Shown here: piece by piece, positions 23,605-37,706 of the stretch
How the letters are laid out: each line of letters starts with the position of its first letter
Position numbering within the stretch: the first letter of the stretch is position 1
Source: Marsupella aquatica
Taxonomy: Eukaryota; Plantae; Marchantiophyta
Length of the DNA: 64,000 nucleotides
Assembly (NCBI GenBank): GCA_973895155.1
Contig: OZ316893.1
Span: 17,614,770-17,678,769, forward strand
Reading direction: 5' to 3'
Notes under the pieces: generated by a model
Databases searched by the model: none
Told to the model about the DNA's origin: nothing
Seen by the model: the letters and a program-made list of their open reading frames with translations, nothing else
Position numbers and translations under genes: made by a program

Positions 23605-25428
23605 GTGTGTACATCCCAAAGTCTCTAAGATTGGAGGTTATGCAAAAATACCACGACTTGCCTTGGGGAGGGCATGGTGTCACGCGATTGACATGGGTCT
23701 TAACACCAAAAACGTCACTATGGGTGCCAAAACCATCTCCTTGTACCTGAGGATCACGAAGGGATGTTGTGAAGGCCGGGAAACACCAATTTATGCCCTT
23801 AACACCAGACTATCATAGCAAGACTCTATCACACATCACCCAAGCTCAATCCCAAGGAACCAAGGTTGGGGATCAGATCTGCGCTCATGATAGTTCTGGT
23901 GAGAAGGGGTCTTCATATCGGGCCCGTACACACAGGGCCTAGCGCTACGGTGCGCATAGGTCTATATGTATGCTTATTGTCATAGGTATGTTTCTATTCC
24001 GTCGCCGGAATGTACCCATAAACCAGTGACTCCTGACTGATTCCTGGCTTAGGGACTTCTAAGCCATTGCCCCACCACTCTGCCATTCCACTCTCAGCAA
24101 TCAGAGCTGTGACAGCCCTCACCCAACCCGCTTCAATGCACCCTGTACACCTCTCAATGGCGCTGCTAGTCCCATCATACACTCAGATTGCCTCACACAC
24201 ACACACATCCATGAGAGAAATGAGGCCTGAGAGGAAAACTCAATTAGATTCAAAGATGTGCACAATAGTTCACTGAGAACACTTGATCCGAACACTAGGG
24301 CCGAAGGCTGTCTCCTCCAGATTGTGACGTGCTTGCCCCGCAAGCCCCATGCTTGCCATGCAAGCTCAATCCTGAACCTGAGCCCGGCTCACTCCAGATT
24401 GCGACGGCAAATTGGACTCAAACCAATCCCATACTTGCCTTGCAAACTCAATCCTGAACTCAACCTCCTTCACTGCACTTCATTCTTGGGGGCACATACA
24501 GATCTCACACCTCCAATTCAGAACGTCAAGTTACGCATGCACCGTTGACTCGAGTTCAAAGCTGGTACCAGGCCTAACGACGATCTATCCCAAACTGCAA
24601 TGAGGCCCGGCCTCACGCTTGCCCTGCAAGCTCAACTCTGGCCATAGATCCCTTAGTGCTCTCCACCAGACAAAGGCCGGGACTCCCCATGGATCATGTA
24701 GCCTTGCCAGACTGAACTATAAATGCTCCTCCTGCTGCCCCTCAATCAGTGTCTCAGCCTCCCTAATGTGCTCACCACAAATCAAATTAAAATCCTCCCC
24801 ATAGTTTACAATCACCAATACATCACCTATCACCAAGGCTCTGTATCGGGGGAAAAGAACCCAGTTGTGCTACCCACTAGAAAGAGCCACAATCCAGCTC
24901 GCAAACCTAGCAACCCGTTGCTGTGAAGCTTGGCTGATTACTCCCTGAGTAATAGCACAACCAAGCTCTCCCCAACACGCAGCGTCCAAGTCCAGCCTTG
25001 CTTGCACAAAGCTCCTCCCTGTTGCTCAGTCTACGTGAGATCACACAACTGAAGTCCCCCCTGCCTCTACCGGGGGGCTGCTCTATATACTCTCATACTG
25101 AGCCCAAATGGGTGGATACTACGCTGCTGGAGCCCCATCCCAGCCCTAACAGAGCCGCCACTATCTCTAACTACTGAACCCTAACTCGCAACTTTATTTC
25201 TATCTTGAATTGGCTATGTACTTCGGATTTGGCCCTCCTCCATGGTTTTCACGAGCTTGCGCCTCCTCTCCCGATTTCTCTATTCAACCATTTGCTGCGT
25301 GGATAGCAGCGTTGGAAGCGGCTTGAGCTCCTCTTTCCAATGAGGTCAATTATAGCCGATTTGGCCAATACACAGAAAGTTATGCCCCCACAACCAAGAG
25401 GGGGTACTCATTGCTACGCTAACCCGAG

Positions 25429-27766
25429 TGTGACGCCGGTGACATGGTCCTTATTCAATAATACGATGGAATTGGTATGCTGTGCACAGTATGTAACTGT
25501 GAGACTGTAGAAGGATCAGCGAGATGGCAAGAATAAGGGCAATCATATGTCGCGGGTGGTCGGCGACCGTATCTCTTTCAATGTGTCGCCAAATCCGGAT
25601 CTATAAAGAGCATTGGAAAGATCTGGTCAAGGCGAGTAAAATCGATATAAGACACTCGGGAAACGGAGGTGTATTAAGAAAGATACGACCTGGTTAGTGT
25701 ATCGGGTTAACTTGTGGCCGGAATTAGCGGGTTTGGCTTCGGTTTTGGGTTAACCTAAGCTTGGCCACGGCTTAGCTTAGGTCAGCCCGGCTTCAGCTTA
25801 GGCTTAGCCCAAGTTTAGGTTAGCCTGACCTCGGGCCCGGGTTAGGATAGGTCAGCTCGGGTTTGGGCTCGGACTAGCGGCTAGCAGACTAGCAGACTAG
25901 CGATAGCATACTAGCGGGCTAGCAGACTAGCGGGTAGCAGATTAGCCAGAGGCCATGGGTTAGCTCTACTCGGGCTAGATAGGATAGCTTGGTTAGCCAA
26001 ACTCGGGTTAGCTATGTAACTCGGGTTAGCGCAACAGTGCGTACCCCCCTCGGTTGCGGGGGCATAACTTTCTCTGTATTTGCCCAAATTGGCTATAATT
26101 GACCTCGTTGGAAAGAGGAGCTCAAGCCGCTTCCAACTCTGCTACCCACGCAGCAAATGGTTGAATAGAGAAATCGGGAGAGGAGGCGCAAGCTCGCGAA
26201 AACCATGGAGGAGGGCCAAATCCGAAGTACATAGTCAGTTTGAGATAGAAATAAAGTTGCGAGTTAGGGTTTAGTAGTTAGATATAGTGGCGGCTCTGTT
26301 AGGGCTAGGATGGGGTGCCAACAACGTAGCATCCACCCATTTGGGCTTAGTGTGAGAGTATATAGGGCAGCCCCCCGGTAGAGGCAGGGGGGGGACTTCA
26401 GTTGTGTGATCTCACGTAGACTGAGCATCAGGGAGGAGCTCTGTGCAAGCAAGGCTGGACTTGGACGTCGTGTGTTGGGGAGAGCTAGGTTGTGCTATTA
26501 CTCAGGGAGTAATCAGCCAAGCTTCACAGCAACGGTTTGCCAGGTTTGCGAGCTGGATTGTGGCTCTTTCTAGTGGGCAGCACAACTGGGTTCTTTTCCC
26601 CCGATACATAGCCTTGGTGATAGGTGACGTATTGGTGATTGTAAACTGTGGGGAGGATTTTGATTGCATTTACGATGAGCACAGTAGGGAGGCTGAGACA
26701 CTGATCGAGGTGCAGCAGGAGGAGCATTTACAGTTCAGTTTGGCAAGGCTACGTGATCCATGGGGAGTCCCGGCCTTTGTCTGGTAGAGAGCACTAAGGG
26801 ATTTATGGCCAGAGCTGAGCTTGCAAGGCAAGCATGAGGCCGGGCCTCATTGCAGTCTGGGGTAGATCGCCGTTAGGCCTGGTACCAGCTTTGAAGTCGA
26901 GTCAACTATGCATGCGTAACTTGACATTCTGAAATGGAGGTGTGAGATCTATATGTGCCCCCAAGAATGAAGTGCAGTGAAGGAGGTTGAGTTCAGGATT
27001 GAGTTTGCAAGGCAAGTACGGGATTGGTTCGAGTCCAATCTGCCGTCGCAATCTGGAGTGAGCCGGGCTCAGGTTCAGGATTGAGCTTGCATGGCAAGCA
27101 CGGGGCTTGCGGGGCAAGCACGTCGCAATCTGGAGTAGACAGCCTTCGGGACTATTGTTCGAATCAAGTGTTCTCAGTGAACTATTGTGCACATCTTTGA
27201 ATCTAATTGAGTTTTCCTCTCAGGCCTCATTTCTCTCATGGATGTGTGTGTGTGTGAGGCAATCTGAGTGTATGATGGGACTAGCAGCGCCACTAAGAGG
27301 TGTACCGGGTGCATTGAAGTGGGTTGGGTGAGGGTTGTCATAACTCTGATTGCTGGGAGTGGAATGGCAGAGTGGTGGGGCAATGGCTTAGAAGTCCCTA
27401 AGCCGGGAATCAGTTAGAGTCATTGATTTATGGGTACATTCCGGCGGCGGAATAGAAACATACCTATGGCAGTAAGCATACGTATAGACATATAGCGCTA
27501 GGCCCTATGTGTACGGGCCCGACATGAAGACCCCCTTCTCACCAGAACTATCATGAGTGCAAGAGCTGATTCCCAACCTTGGTCCTTTGGGATTGAGCTT
27601 GGGTGATGTGTGACAGAGTCTTGCTATGATAGTCTGGCGTTAAGGGGATAAACCGGCGTATACCAGCCTTCACAACATCCCTCCGTGATCCTCAGGTACA
27701 AGGAGATAGTTTTGGCACCCAATAGTGACAGCTTTGGTGTCAAGACCCAATGTCAACCGCTTGACA
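25429..27766 (+). mobile_element. Single LTR 'B' (2338 bp), same family as A, in opposite orientation
   Basis: TGTGACGCC...TTGACA; reverse-complement homology to 42404-41550 and 25428-23678. Preceded by CCGAG and followed by TTTTTG. Confidence 0.85.
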
Positions 27767-27791
27767 TTTTTGCAAAAAACCGGTCGCCGTA

Positions 27792-30700
27792 TGTCGCACC
27801 CCTACCCTGGGCCTTAAATCCGGGTTAGTGTCGTGGTGCGACCTCGACCACCAGTAGGGGTGAGGGTTCGGGCAAGGAGGTGTGTAGTGACCTTCATTAG
27901 CCCTAAGTCGGGCTAAACCGCTATACTTACTGGTATAACACTCGCATAATTCGTACTTGACATAGGTATATTTATTTTCCACCGCTGGAATTTTCCCTCA
28001 GTTAGTGACGCGGACTAACTCCCGACTTGGGGCTTTTCAAGCCATCGACGTGACAGGAACTTGTGACATGCAATGAGTGGCAATCCCTACCATTAGTCCG
28101 CACCCGGTACGTCCCTTAAAATGGCGCCTTTGCCCGGACAAAGCATACACACAACACCAGTTACTCTCAGAAACATTAGGGGGAAAAGACTACATTTACT
28201 CAGCGAAGCATCAGTTTACATGGTTGACTCGACTTCAAAGGGGGACAGCAGGCCCAACGGCAGTCGATGCCCAGTCTCTACGAGGCCCTGCCTCGCACTT
28301 GCCCAACAAGCTCGACTCTGGCTCTCACTCCTTGGTACGCTCTAACCCTACTCAGGCCGGGACTCCCCGTGCCTCGCCTTTCTTCTACTGAGATAACTAA
28401 GCCTTCTCCCCCTTCCCATCGCGGAAGGGGAAGCCTAAATACTACCATAGCGGAAGAGAACCGGAGGATACTACCTTCCGGGGTACTACCTACTGACTAA
28501 CTAACTCCTGACTACTGGTCGCGCTGCACTGACCGGTTGACCATCGACGACGAGTGTGCCAACCGGAATGGCAGCGGCCAAGCCTACTGACAAACTCTAG
28601 TCCGTTGATGGACTCAATCCTACGTTGGCTGATCCTAACTGACCGGCCCTAATTCTTCCTACTGCCGCTAATCGGCGCCTAATGACAGTCATTCTGTCGT
28701 TACGCCTAACTAAAAGATGCTGCTGACTTAACCGCCTCGCGCGGCGCCTGCTTCTACCCTTCGCTAACTACCCCTTACGTGTGTGCAGTGGTTGGACCAG
28801 GGCTGATCCCCTTGTCGGGGCGAGACCTCGAGCCGCCTTGATCAGAGGTGGGCCCAGGTTTTCCCCGCTGGAGGACGAGCAGGGTGACACGGTCCTGCAA
28901 AGCCTTGTTGTCCCGTAATGCTTCCTCCGCCTCATTTGCAGCTTCATCGGCTTCAGTCTGGAGCCGCGCCACCTCCAAGTTGAGCTGGTCGATGGCGTCG
29001 CAATGGACCTGGTCCTGCGCTAGCAATTTATCTCGTTCGGCGGAGAGACTAGCCACCTGCTGTGCTGCCTGCAGGAATTGTTTGTTGAGGTCGGTCAGGC
29101 TGGTAACCCGAGCCGAAGATTCTGAGCGTAATTGAAGCACGGTGTCGTCCAGCTTCTTGAGTTTGGCCTGTGCTCCGCTTAACTCCTGGGTTAGTCCATC
29201 CCTCTGTTCAACAGTGCGGACTAAATCCTCACGGCGGGTCGTTGCCTCTTCCTCGAGGTGCTCTACCAGCATCTGGAGACGCCCGATCTCATTCCCCTTC
29301 GCCATGAGTTCTTCTTCCAAGCGGCTGACGATCCATGGTTGGTGCTCTAACATGAAGAAGGCTGGCTGAAAGTACGCCGAGACTTGTTGTCCGATGTATG
29401 TCGCCAACTCCCCAGACATAGTCTGGCTAAACTTCTGGACCAGGTCGTAGGCCATGGTCCCCGGGGCTACTTGGTAGTCCTCCATCCTCTCGGGTACCGG
29501 TGGTTCCTTGGCAGGGGCAATGAGCTCCTCCGTAGTCAGCGCTGGGGAGGGGAAGGTTTCTTCAGGTGGTGGAGGGATTGGGGGTGGTTGTACTGCAGGT
29601 AGCGGAGGCTCAACGGAAGGAGGCGGTGGAATTTCCACAGGGGGCGGTCGCGGAGTATTAGTCGGGGCTTCCGGCTCGGGGTTTGTCCGAGGGACAGTAG
29701 TCCGCGTAGTCGGGGTTGCCTCCTCTGGGGCGGGGGTGACATTACCCAGGGCTGAGGTGGCCGTATTCTTTCCTCTGGCCTCCCGCTGTGCCTTGTACCA
29801 GGCGAGGATAATGGCGATATGACTTCCCAAGTAAGTCTTCCCTCCAATAGCCATACCACCCTGAGCCCGCTTCAGCTCCCCCGAGAATCTTCGGTAGAAG
29901 AATTGGGCCCAGTTTCATCGTTTGTACTGTTCCACCTGCACGATCGTGCAGAGGGAAATCTCGGATCGTGGCTCAATCATGTGTAGGGTAGTTTGTATGA
30001 AGTTAAGCCGCTCCATACAGGTTAAGTTGGTGCACGCCCCCTGCTTGTATCCGTTGTCCGTCTTACCCTCGGGTTTGAAGTGCCGCGGCGTATACTCCTT
30101 ATCCCGAATTCGGATTTCCACCGGCACCGGCCCGGTTGGTAGGCCGAAAATTTGCATTAACCGATGCTCCGTGAGTGATAAGGTCTGCCCCGAAACCTTG
30201 GTGGTCGACGCATCAGTGTCAAAATTGGAGATGAACTCACAAATCTCCTTCGGCCCGGCGGCGCAGGGCCTCCATAGTAAGTGGGCGAACCGCTCCAACT
30301 GATGCTCCTTGAGATAGTCCGCATGTTCGAGTTTTTTGATCGCGATCCAGACTACCTCGGGGATGCAGATTACCTGTAATAAGTTGGACTTCGGGTTATC
30401 CGGGGGCCGTCGGGTCTGGTTGGTTGGGGGGTTTGCCGGGGCAGGTGCAGGCGCGGCGTCGGTCCGTGTTGATTCGGGGGCCGTCGTAGTCCTTGACCGC
30501 TTACGAGGACGCTGTTCGAGTTGCGGACTAGCTCGCTCGAAACCCGAAGAACACTCCGCGTTGATTACTGGACGGACTTGGGACTGGTTCGGCGGTACTC
30601 CGATGGTCATCGGTTGAGGCGCTGGGGTAGCCATATCCCAGTTGAAGGCGTTGGAGCTTTCCCCGAGGAATGTGAGATTACGCGCCGCTTCTCGTTGTCT

Positions 30701-31628
30701 GCTGATGTCTTCTTGGCACTTTTCGGCTGCGATCTGCTGGTCTAGGTACCCCGGAATCTTGTCGAACTCCGCTTGAGTAAGCCGCTGGTTGCCCTTCAGC
30801 TTAAAGAACTTAGCTGGAACCTCAAGAATCGCCTCTGCTACCGATCTAAGCCCTTCCTCGCTGAGATATAGTTCGGTGATGTAGTCTCGCAACTCGTTAT
30901 AGCTAGAATCCCTGGTGATGGCTGTCCTTTCGCAATTAACCAGTGCTACCTTGGTTACCAGCTTCGTGTACCTTCGTTCGTAAGCGGCTTTCTCGGGGCA
31001 AGAGTACCAGTAAGTCTCGGAGAACTTAGCACCTACCTCGCCAAACAAGGTCCAAAATCCCAAGGCTGTGAGGGTCATACTAACCTCGTAGTCCGGTTCG
31101 TTGCGTCCACGTTCCCACATGGCTGGTCCTTTTTCGCGGAGGCCTCGCTCGTCCTGACTAAATCTCGCCACATTCCGCTCTTCTCCCTCGATAATTTCCT
31201 CGTAAAGGTCGACTGGATTCAATCAAAAAGGCGAGCGGATGGCAGCGTCCGTGAATTCCAAAAAGGTAACATGATCGAATGGCCCGTAGTGCCATCGGCT
31301 CCTCTCTTATGGGGGTGCCAGGACGAGCCCGAGCGTGAGAAGGTCAGGCCGTTTGGTCATTGATAACGAGCTGAAGTCGGCGTCTCGGTCCAAGCGTGAT
31401 TCTTCTAACTGATTTTTACTCCGCTGCCGCCACCGTACCTTGGTCGTGCGTAATAATCCCTTTCCTGAACTCGTAATTATTTGGTTATCTTAACCTACTC
31501 CTAATCTAATCATAATGGCAACTTGGCGGCTATACGTGCTATTCTACGCTATGGCTACGGTCCTTATGACCGTATAAGTCCTAATCTTCGACCTGGGTTC
31601 GGTCAAGTGACACGTTGCCCGTGTCACA
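27792..31628 (-). repeat. 3' LTR of element C (3837 bp)
   Basis: Near-identical direct repeat of 37707-41544; TGTGAC...GCGACA on the minus strand. Confidence 0.92.
28775..31222 (-). pseudogene. LTR-encoded accessory protein of element C (~815 aa reading frame, one internal TGA): plant-transposon/PMD-like domain plus coiled coil
   Basis: ORFs 29915-31222 and 28775-29854 are in frame and joined by a TGA that is CGA in the 5' LTR copy. Motif ICEFISNFD...TTKVSGQTLSLT...IFGLPTG; C-terminal heptad-rich region. Start codon uncertain. Confidence 0.75.
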
Positions 31629-34600
31629 TAGCTCCCCACTTAAGTGTGAAGCGTCCTCGTGAACATCATTACGCTCGTTGTCCTGGTGAAAGTACCTCTT
31701 CACACGATCGTAACTAACTCGATTGGGAAAGAGGTCGCCGGCGTACGTTGATAGTTGTAGGGATCCGTTCGGGTACATCTGCTGGACAATGAAAGGTCCT
31801 AGCCAGCGTGTGTGTAACTTTCCTGGGAAGTACATGTACCTACTGTCGTACAGAAGGACAAGATCTCCCGCAGTGATGTCCACCTGACGCAGTCCCTTGT
31901 CGTGTTGTTTCTTCGTTGCTTCTTGCTTAGCTGCCACGCGTCGCGATGCCCACAATCTCTGTTCTTCTAGACTGTCGATCTTATATGCTCGATCGGACGA
32001 ACTAGCGGCCTCCAATAGTCTGTGGTGGATGCGCACCCGGGGGGTCTCGACCTCGAACTCGACGGGTACTAGCGCATGTTGTCCGAATACCAAGAAATAC
32101 GGACTATGGTTTGTAGTGGTCTTAAACGCCAAGTTGTACGAATAGACCGCTGCGAAAAGCTTATCGTCCCAGTCTATTTTGTGGGCTGCCACGGTTTTGT
32201 TGAGGATTTTCCCTACAATGCCATTAGCCCGCTCTGCTAGTCCGTTACATTTGGGATGATAAGGAGTAGTCTTCCTGTGCTTGACGAGGTAACGGTCAGT
32301 CAGTTTTTCCACCGTTTCGTTCAAAAAATGAGTCCCGTGGTCGTTGACTAATTCCAAGGGAGGTCCGAAGCGGGTGAAGATCTGTTCGTACAGGAACCTG
32401 GCAGTGGTGGCCGCGTCATCCTTGACCGTTGCCCGGGCCTCGACCCATTTAGTCGAGTAGTCGATAGCCAGAAGGATGTACCGGCAACGCCGACCTCGGG
32501 TTACCGGAGTGAATGGTCCGATATAATCGATGCCCCATTTCTCAAACGGGGCAAGGGGAAAGATTGGAGTAAGAGGATGATTACCCGATCTGCGAGGTTT
32601 GCCTGCGCGCTGACATAAGTCACACCCTCGGATAAAATGGGCTACGTCGTGATGAAGCGTAGGCCACCAATAACCTGCGTCCAAGATTTTGTGAGCCGTG
32701 GTGACCGGGGCGAAGTGTCCTCCTGCCTCTTCCTCGTGCATAGCTCGCATGACAATGATCGTCTCATTATAGTCTAGGCATCTATGGATTTTCCCATCGA
32801 CGACGCCTTCCTTATGCAGATGTCCGCGGATCATCATGTATGGTGCCGCCTTGCGGAGAAAGACCGACGTGGCCTCTTGGTTTATGTTACTTGGAATGCG
32901 GGCTGTTAAGAGGAAGGTGATTAGGTCCCCATACCATGTTGGTTGGTCCGTTTCTACGCGGAATAACTCCTCATCCGGGAATGCATCATCGACAGGTGCA
33001 TCGTCCGACTCCCCTTCGATCCTTGAGAAGAAGTCCGCATTTACGTGAGCTTTCCCTGGTCGCACCCTGACTTCGTAGTTAAATTCTTGGAGCAGCAGGA
33101 CCCAACGGGCTATTCTCCCCGTTAAGTCTGCTTTGTTTACCATGTACTTCAGGCTGTCATGGTCAGTATGGAATACTACCTTATACCCCAATAGATAATG
33201 GCGAAACTTTTTACACGAGTAGATGATTCCCAAGGCCTCCCGATCGGTGGGCGAATAGTTTTTCTCTGCGGCAAATAGTTGTCGACTCGCAAAGTAAATG
33301 GGGTGGTCACATTTTTCGTCGTCCAGTTGGCTTAGGACTGAGCCGATGCAGAACCCAGACACGTCGACATACACATGAAACTCCTTGTTCCAATTGGGGG
33401 TAGTCAGAATTGGAGCCATCATGAGCTGGTTTTTTAGTTCGTCAAAGGCTGATTTTCGACGGGGAGTCATTTCTATGACCGCGCCTTGCTTCATCATTTC
33501 CGTAAGGGGTAGGGCTATCTTAGCAAAATCCTGAATGAATCGTCGGTAGTATCCTACGTAGCCTAAGAAGGATCGCACCGCCTTCTGGTCCGTTGGGTAA
33601 GGGACGTTCATCCATGCGGCCACCTTCTCCTGGTCCACCTCGATCCCCCGTTTGGACACTCGGTGTCCAAGTAGCACTCCTTCCGTTACCCCGAAGAAGC
33701 ATTTGCCCGGGTGTAATTTCAACCCTACTTCCCGGCACCGCTCCAAAGTCCGCCTCAGATGTTCTGGGTGCTGGGCGATTGTTCCGAAGATGGCAAAATC
33801 GTCTATGAACACCTCCAAAAATTCTCGTAAGAAGTCATGAAAAATATTCATAATGATTCGCTGGAACATAGCCGGGGCATTGCATAAGCCAAAGGGCATC
33901 TGCCTGAACGCGTAGGTTCCCCACTCGGTTATGAACGTGGTTTTGAGCTGGTCCGATAGTCTGATCCAAATCTGGTTATAACCCGAATATCCATCTAGGA
34001 ATGTGTACACCTCATTTCGGGCTACCATGTCAAGGACCATATCCGTGTAAGGTAGCGGGTAATGGTCTTTCCGAGTAGCGTCGTTGAGCTTCCGATAGTC
34101 TTGGCATATTCGAATTTTAGGTTTACCATCAGGCCCTACCTTCTTAGGAACCACCACAATGGGGGACACCCATTCGCTAGATAAGACGGGGTAGATGATG
34201 TCCGCCACGATCAGTTGATCCAACTCCTCCTTTACCAAGACGGAATGTCTTGGGTTTAGTCTTCGTTGCCTTTCTCGGACGGCATGAGCACCCAAGTTTA
34301 GATCGATGACGTGTTCGCCATAGGCCGGTGAAATCCCGGTTAAGTCTCGGTGACTCCATGCGAAGACGTCCTCATATTCCGATAGGAGTTCTTGGATGGC
34401 CTTTTCCTCTGGCGCTCGTAGGCCATAACCGACGTTGAATGTTCTCTCCCTCTTGGTGGTGTACCTGCCATAGTATTCCTTGCGGATTACCTCCACATGG
34501 TCTTTGGTGGCCCGGTCAAGGTGAGCTTCCAATTCCTCTAGTTTGGTGCCATCGTAGGCCACAGGTTCCCAGACTGTCGGCTGCTCCTTTGGGAGTTCGT

Positions 34601-37592
34601 TGGGTTCCTTTATCACGGACGGAATCTCGGGGCTCCAGGTAACCTTTTTCTTTGCGGGAGGAGTGATGGTCTGAGTGGCGTTTTCCTTGGGTATACCGGG
34701 TAAGGCCAGCCGGCCAACTACCTTCGTAGGGCTCATCCTGCCGGGGAATGCTCCGCCCGTTGCCGCATCATCTCCTTCTGGTTTCCCGGGTGCTTCGATT
34801 TGGGCCGCTGGTCTGGGCTGGTTCAGAATATGGGCTTCTCGGACGGCATTTACCCCGAAGACTTCCTCTTCATCCAGGCGAGAGATTAACTCCACCATAT
34901 TCACCTCTTCTTCTGAGATGTCCTCCTCCGAGTCATATTCTTCGGGTCCCTGGGGTGTCTCGCCCTGGTAGTCCTCTTCCTTCCAGGACACCGTCGTAGT
35001 CGGGTTACCGAATCGTAATTCCTTCCTTCCCCAGTCGGTAACGACTCGGGCACCGTATAACCAGGGTCTGCCCAGCAGTACTGGATAAGAAGAGGGTCGG
35101 ACGGGTCGCATCACCAGGTAATTTAGAAAGAACTCGAGGCCTCCAATCCACGTGGATATCTTGGTTAACGTCCCCAGTGGCATGATCCTGGCGCCGTTTG
35201 CTAACCGAATGGCGCGCGCCGTGGGTTGATAAGATGTATATCCCAACCTTACGGAAGTGTCCTCTGTCATGATGTTTACACCGGACCCGCCGTCTATCGG
35301 TACAAACCAAACAGTACAGCCCGCTATCTCGATAGAGACTTCCAGCGCTCCTAAGTCCTGGTAAATCATCATACAGTCGGCTAAGGTGCTTACCCGAGGT
35401 AGCCGTCGCCTCCTCTTTCCTATCAGCATCTCTTTGAGTTGTTGCCGATACTTCGGGTTATCCTGCAATAGTTGTCCGACAGTGGCTGTGGCTGCACAGT
35501 TCTGAACATCCTTTTTGATGTCATATTGGTTAGACGGTGGGGTCGCAGATTTTACTGCTTTTGCTCCCTTGACTTCAGTTTGCAAGGCAGTCTCAGCTTC
35601 CTCGGCTTCTTCGGCCGCCTTAGCATCGGCAATATCCTTCTTAATGGCTTTCTCGTGCTCTTGGGCTTCGTAGGCTTCCAATTGCTTTTTGACCAGTTCC
35701 TCTACTCGTGGGTAGAATAACTTCGGGTTATCCCGCTGGTAGTCTTCCAGCTCGTCTGGTTCCATTGGACTATTCTTATCTGCGACCGCCTCTTTCTGCT
35801 GGGCATCCTTCCGATCTTGTTCTTTGTACTTATCCTTCTTGCGGGATGATCGGGTAGAAACGCGATAGCACTCGTCATCCGCGTGCGTTCCCGTTTTCTC
35901 GACTGCCTCTATGAGATCGATCCATTCGGTGGAGTCATCCTGCCATTCCATTGTTACCATTTGTACTACTGCATCCGTAATTGGTGGGGCCGCAGGTTGA
36001 GCAGCTCTGACGGGGCCGGCCTTCGCGGCTAGCACCAAGGGGCAGTTTGACGTGGAATGTGCTTCGGTTTGACAGACCTGGCACAATGGAAGCGCTCTCC
36101 CATCCCCTTGCTTCCTTTGCTCCGTGCACTCTCGGGCAAAGTGACCAGGTTTCTCGCAATTATAGCAAACCGGGGTCCGCCAAACTCCGGGTTTAGGTGG
36201 GATACTTGGATTGTTGACCATCTGGGCGCCACGCCCATTCACCGGATACGGATAAGGGGTATGGAACCCTGGATTGTGGCCGCTTAGGGTGCGAGGTCCC
36301 GTCATACTTATCTGGAACACCGCCTCACTTGGATCCTCGAAGAAGTACTCCATCGTGCATCCCTCTGGCTCGGACTGTCCGGGCTCCAACTCCATCTGGT
36401 GCACGTGAGTGTTCCATCTTGGACATTCTTGCACCACATGTCCTGACTGATAACACTTGGAGCACCAAGCATGCGCTCGGATTTCCGGTGGTTTCTTCTT
36501 GTCCAGAGGTTTTTCCGCCAAGTGCACCGACAGTGCCTTTAGCCGGTCTGTGATTTCGTTCAGCTTTTCTACCTCCGCAGCCTTTGGGTCCGTGGTGACA
36601 ACTTTGGCTCGCGGTTTATGTTTACCCGTATCTGACCGTGATCCCTTCTTTCTTTTGTGGTCTCGAGACTCTGACTCGGTCTCGCTGGAGGATGAGCCAG
36701 TTGACGTCGGGCTACTGGACAGGGAATCACTAGACTCTGAATCAGAGTCTGACGAAGAGCTGGTCCGGCCCTTCTTCTTATGTCATCGTTTCTTCTTCCT
36801 TTTCTTCTCGTCGTACTCAGAGTCGGAGTCGCTGAAGGTATGATACCTCCTGCTCTTCTTATGCTTGGTCCTCCTATTAAGCTGAGAGGCGTAGTGCAAT
36901 TCCCTGAAGGATTCGGCACTATCAATTGCTTGTTGTAGAGTGGTGGTCTTCTTTTCTAGCACCGAGAATGCCATCCTCTGGGGTAGCGCGTTGACGAACC
37001 ATTTCCTCAGCAGAGAGTCATCTGGCTTAGGCCGAATCTTGGCGGCAACCTTCTGGAACCGCTGCAGAAATTTGCGAAGTGAGTCATGCTTACCCATTTG
37101 CATTCGCCCAATTTTTGACAGGGCCCGAGATTCGATCCCGACGGGCCAAAATTCTTGCAAGAACGCCGTTTGGAACTGGCCCCATGTACCACCCGGGGGT
37201 TGTAAGTTATACCACGGGCGCGCTTCTCCTCGTAGTACGCCTGGAAGAATGGTTAGCTTAATGGCTTCCTCACCATTCACCTTGGCCGTGGCCTCGAACT
37301 CAGCTATCCATTCATCAGGGTCGTCTGTGGGTCATCCCTTAAAGGGTCGATAGTGAAACCGGGATCGCTGCGACACGTTCTGAGCCGCAGGGGGCCGCAA
37401 CGCACCTGGTACCTGCGGGGCTGGTGGAACCGGTGGAGTTCCTCCCGCGATCGGTGCTTGGGTACCCATCACAACACGCGATCCTGCTTGGGAAGCCGAG
37501 CTCCCCGCTTCGCCGGTCGCGGTATTCTCTTCCAACCGTGATGCTCCGTCCGGTTGTTGTAAATACGCAGAACGTGACCGGGTAAGGGGCAT
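31581..37592 (-). pseudogene. gag-pol: Single-frame gag-pol of element C (~2003 codons) with two internal TGA stops in gag
   Basis: ORFs 37332-37592, 36783-37280 and 31581-36527 share one frame. CCHC knuckles (CYNCEKPGHFAREC), protease PIDGGSG, RT FIDDF, RNase H VDVSG, integrase HHCC and DDE region, GPF motif. Confidence 0.93.
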
Positions 37593-37706
37593 GCCCCTTC
37601 CTTCACGTCGAGTACAAAATCAAAAGTAACTAGCTCACTACACGGCTCCACTCGTAAGGAAAAATGAGTGCCCCCTCCATCTAGCGCCAAAAAACCGGTC
37701 GCCGTA

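Noticed and set aside
24067-27383. Short ORFs shared between LTR A and LTR B (e.g. MHNSSLRTLD...)
   Set aside because: Similarity simply reflects the DNA-level inverted repeat; no recognisable domain, so I cannot claim this LTR family also encodes a protein.
23678-27766. Giant TIR/foldback DNA transposon
   Set aside because: The TSDs (CATGG, CCGAG) and the continuation of A at 41550-42404 show two nested LTRs, not terminal inverted repeats.
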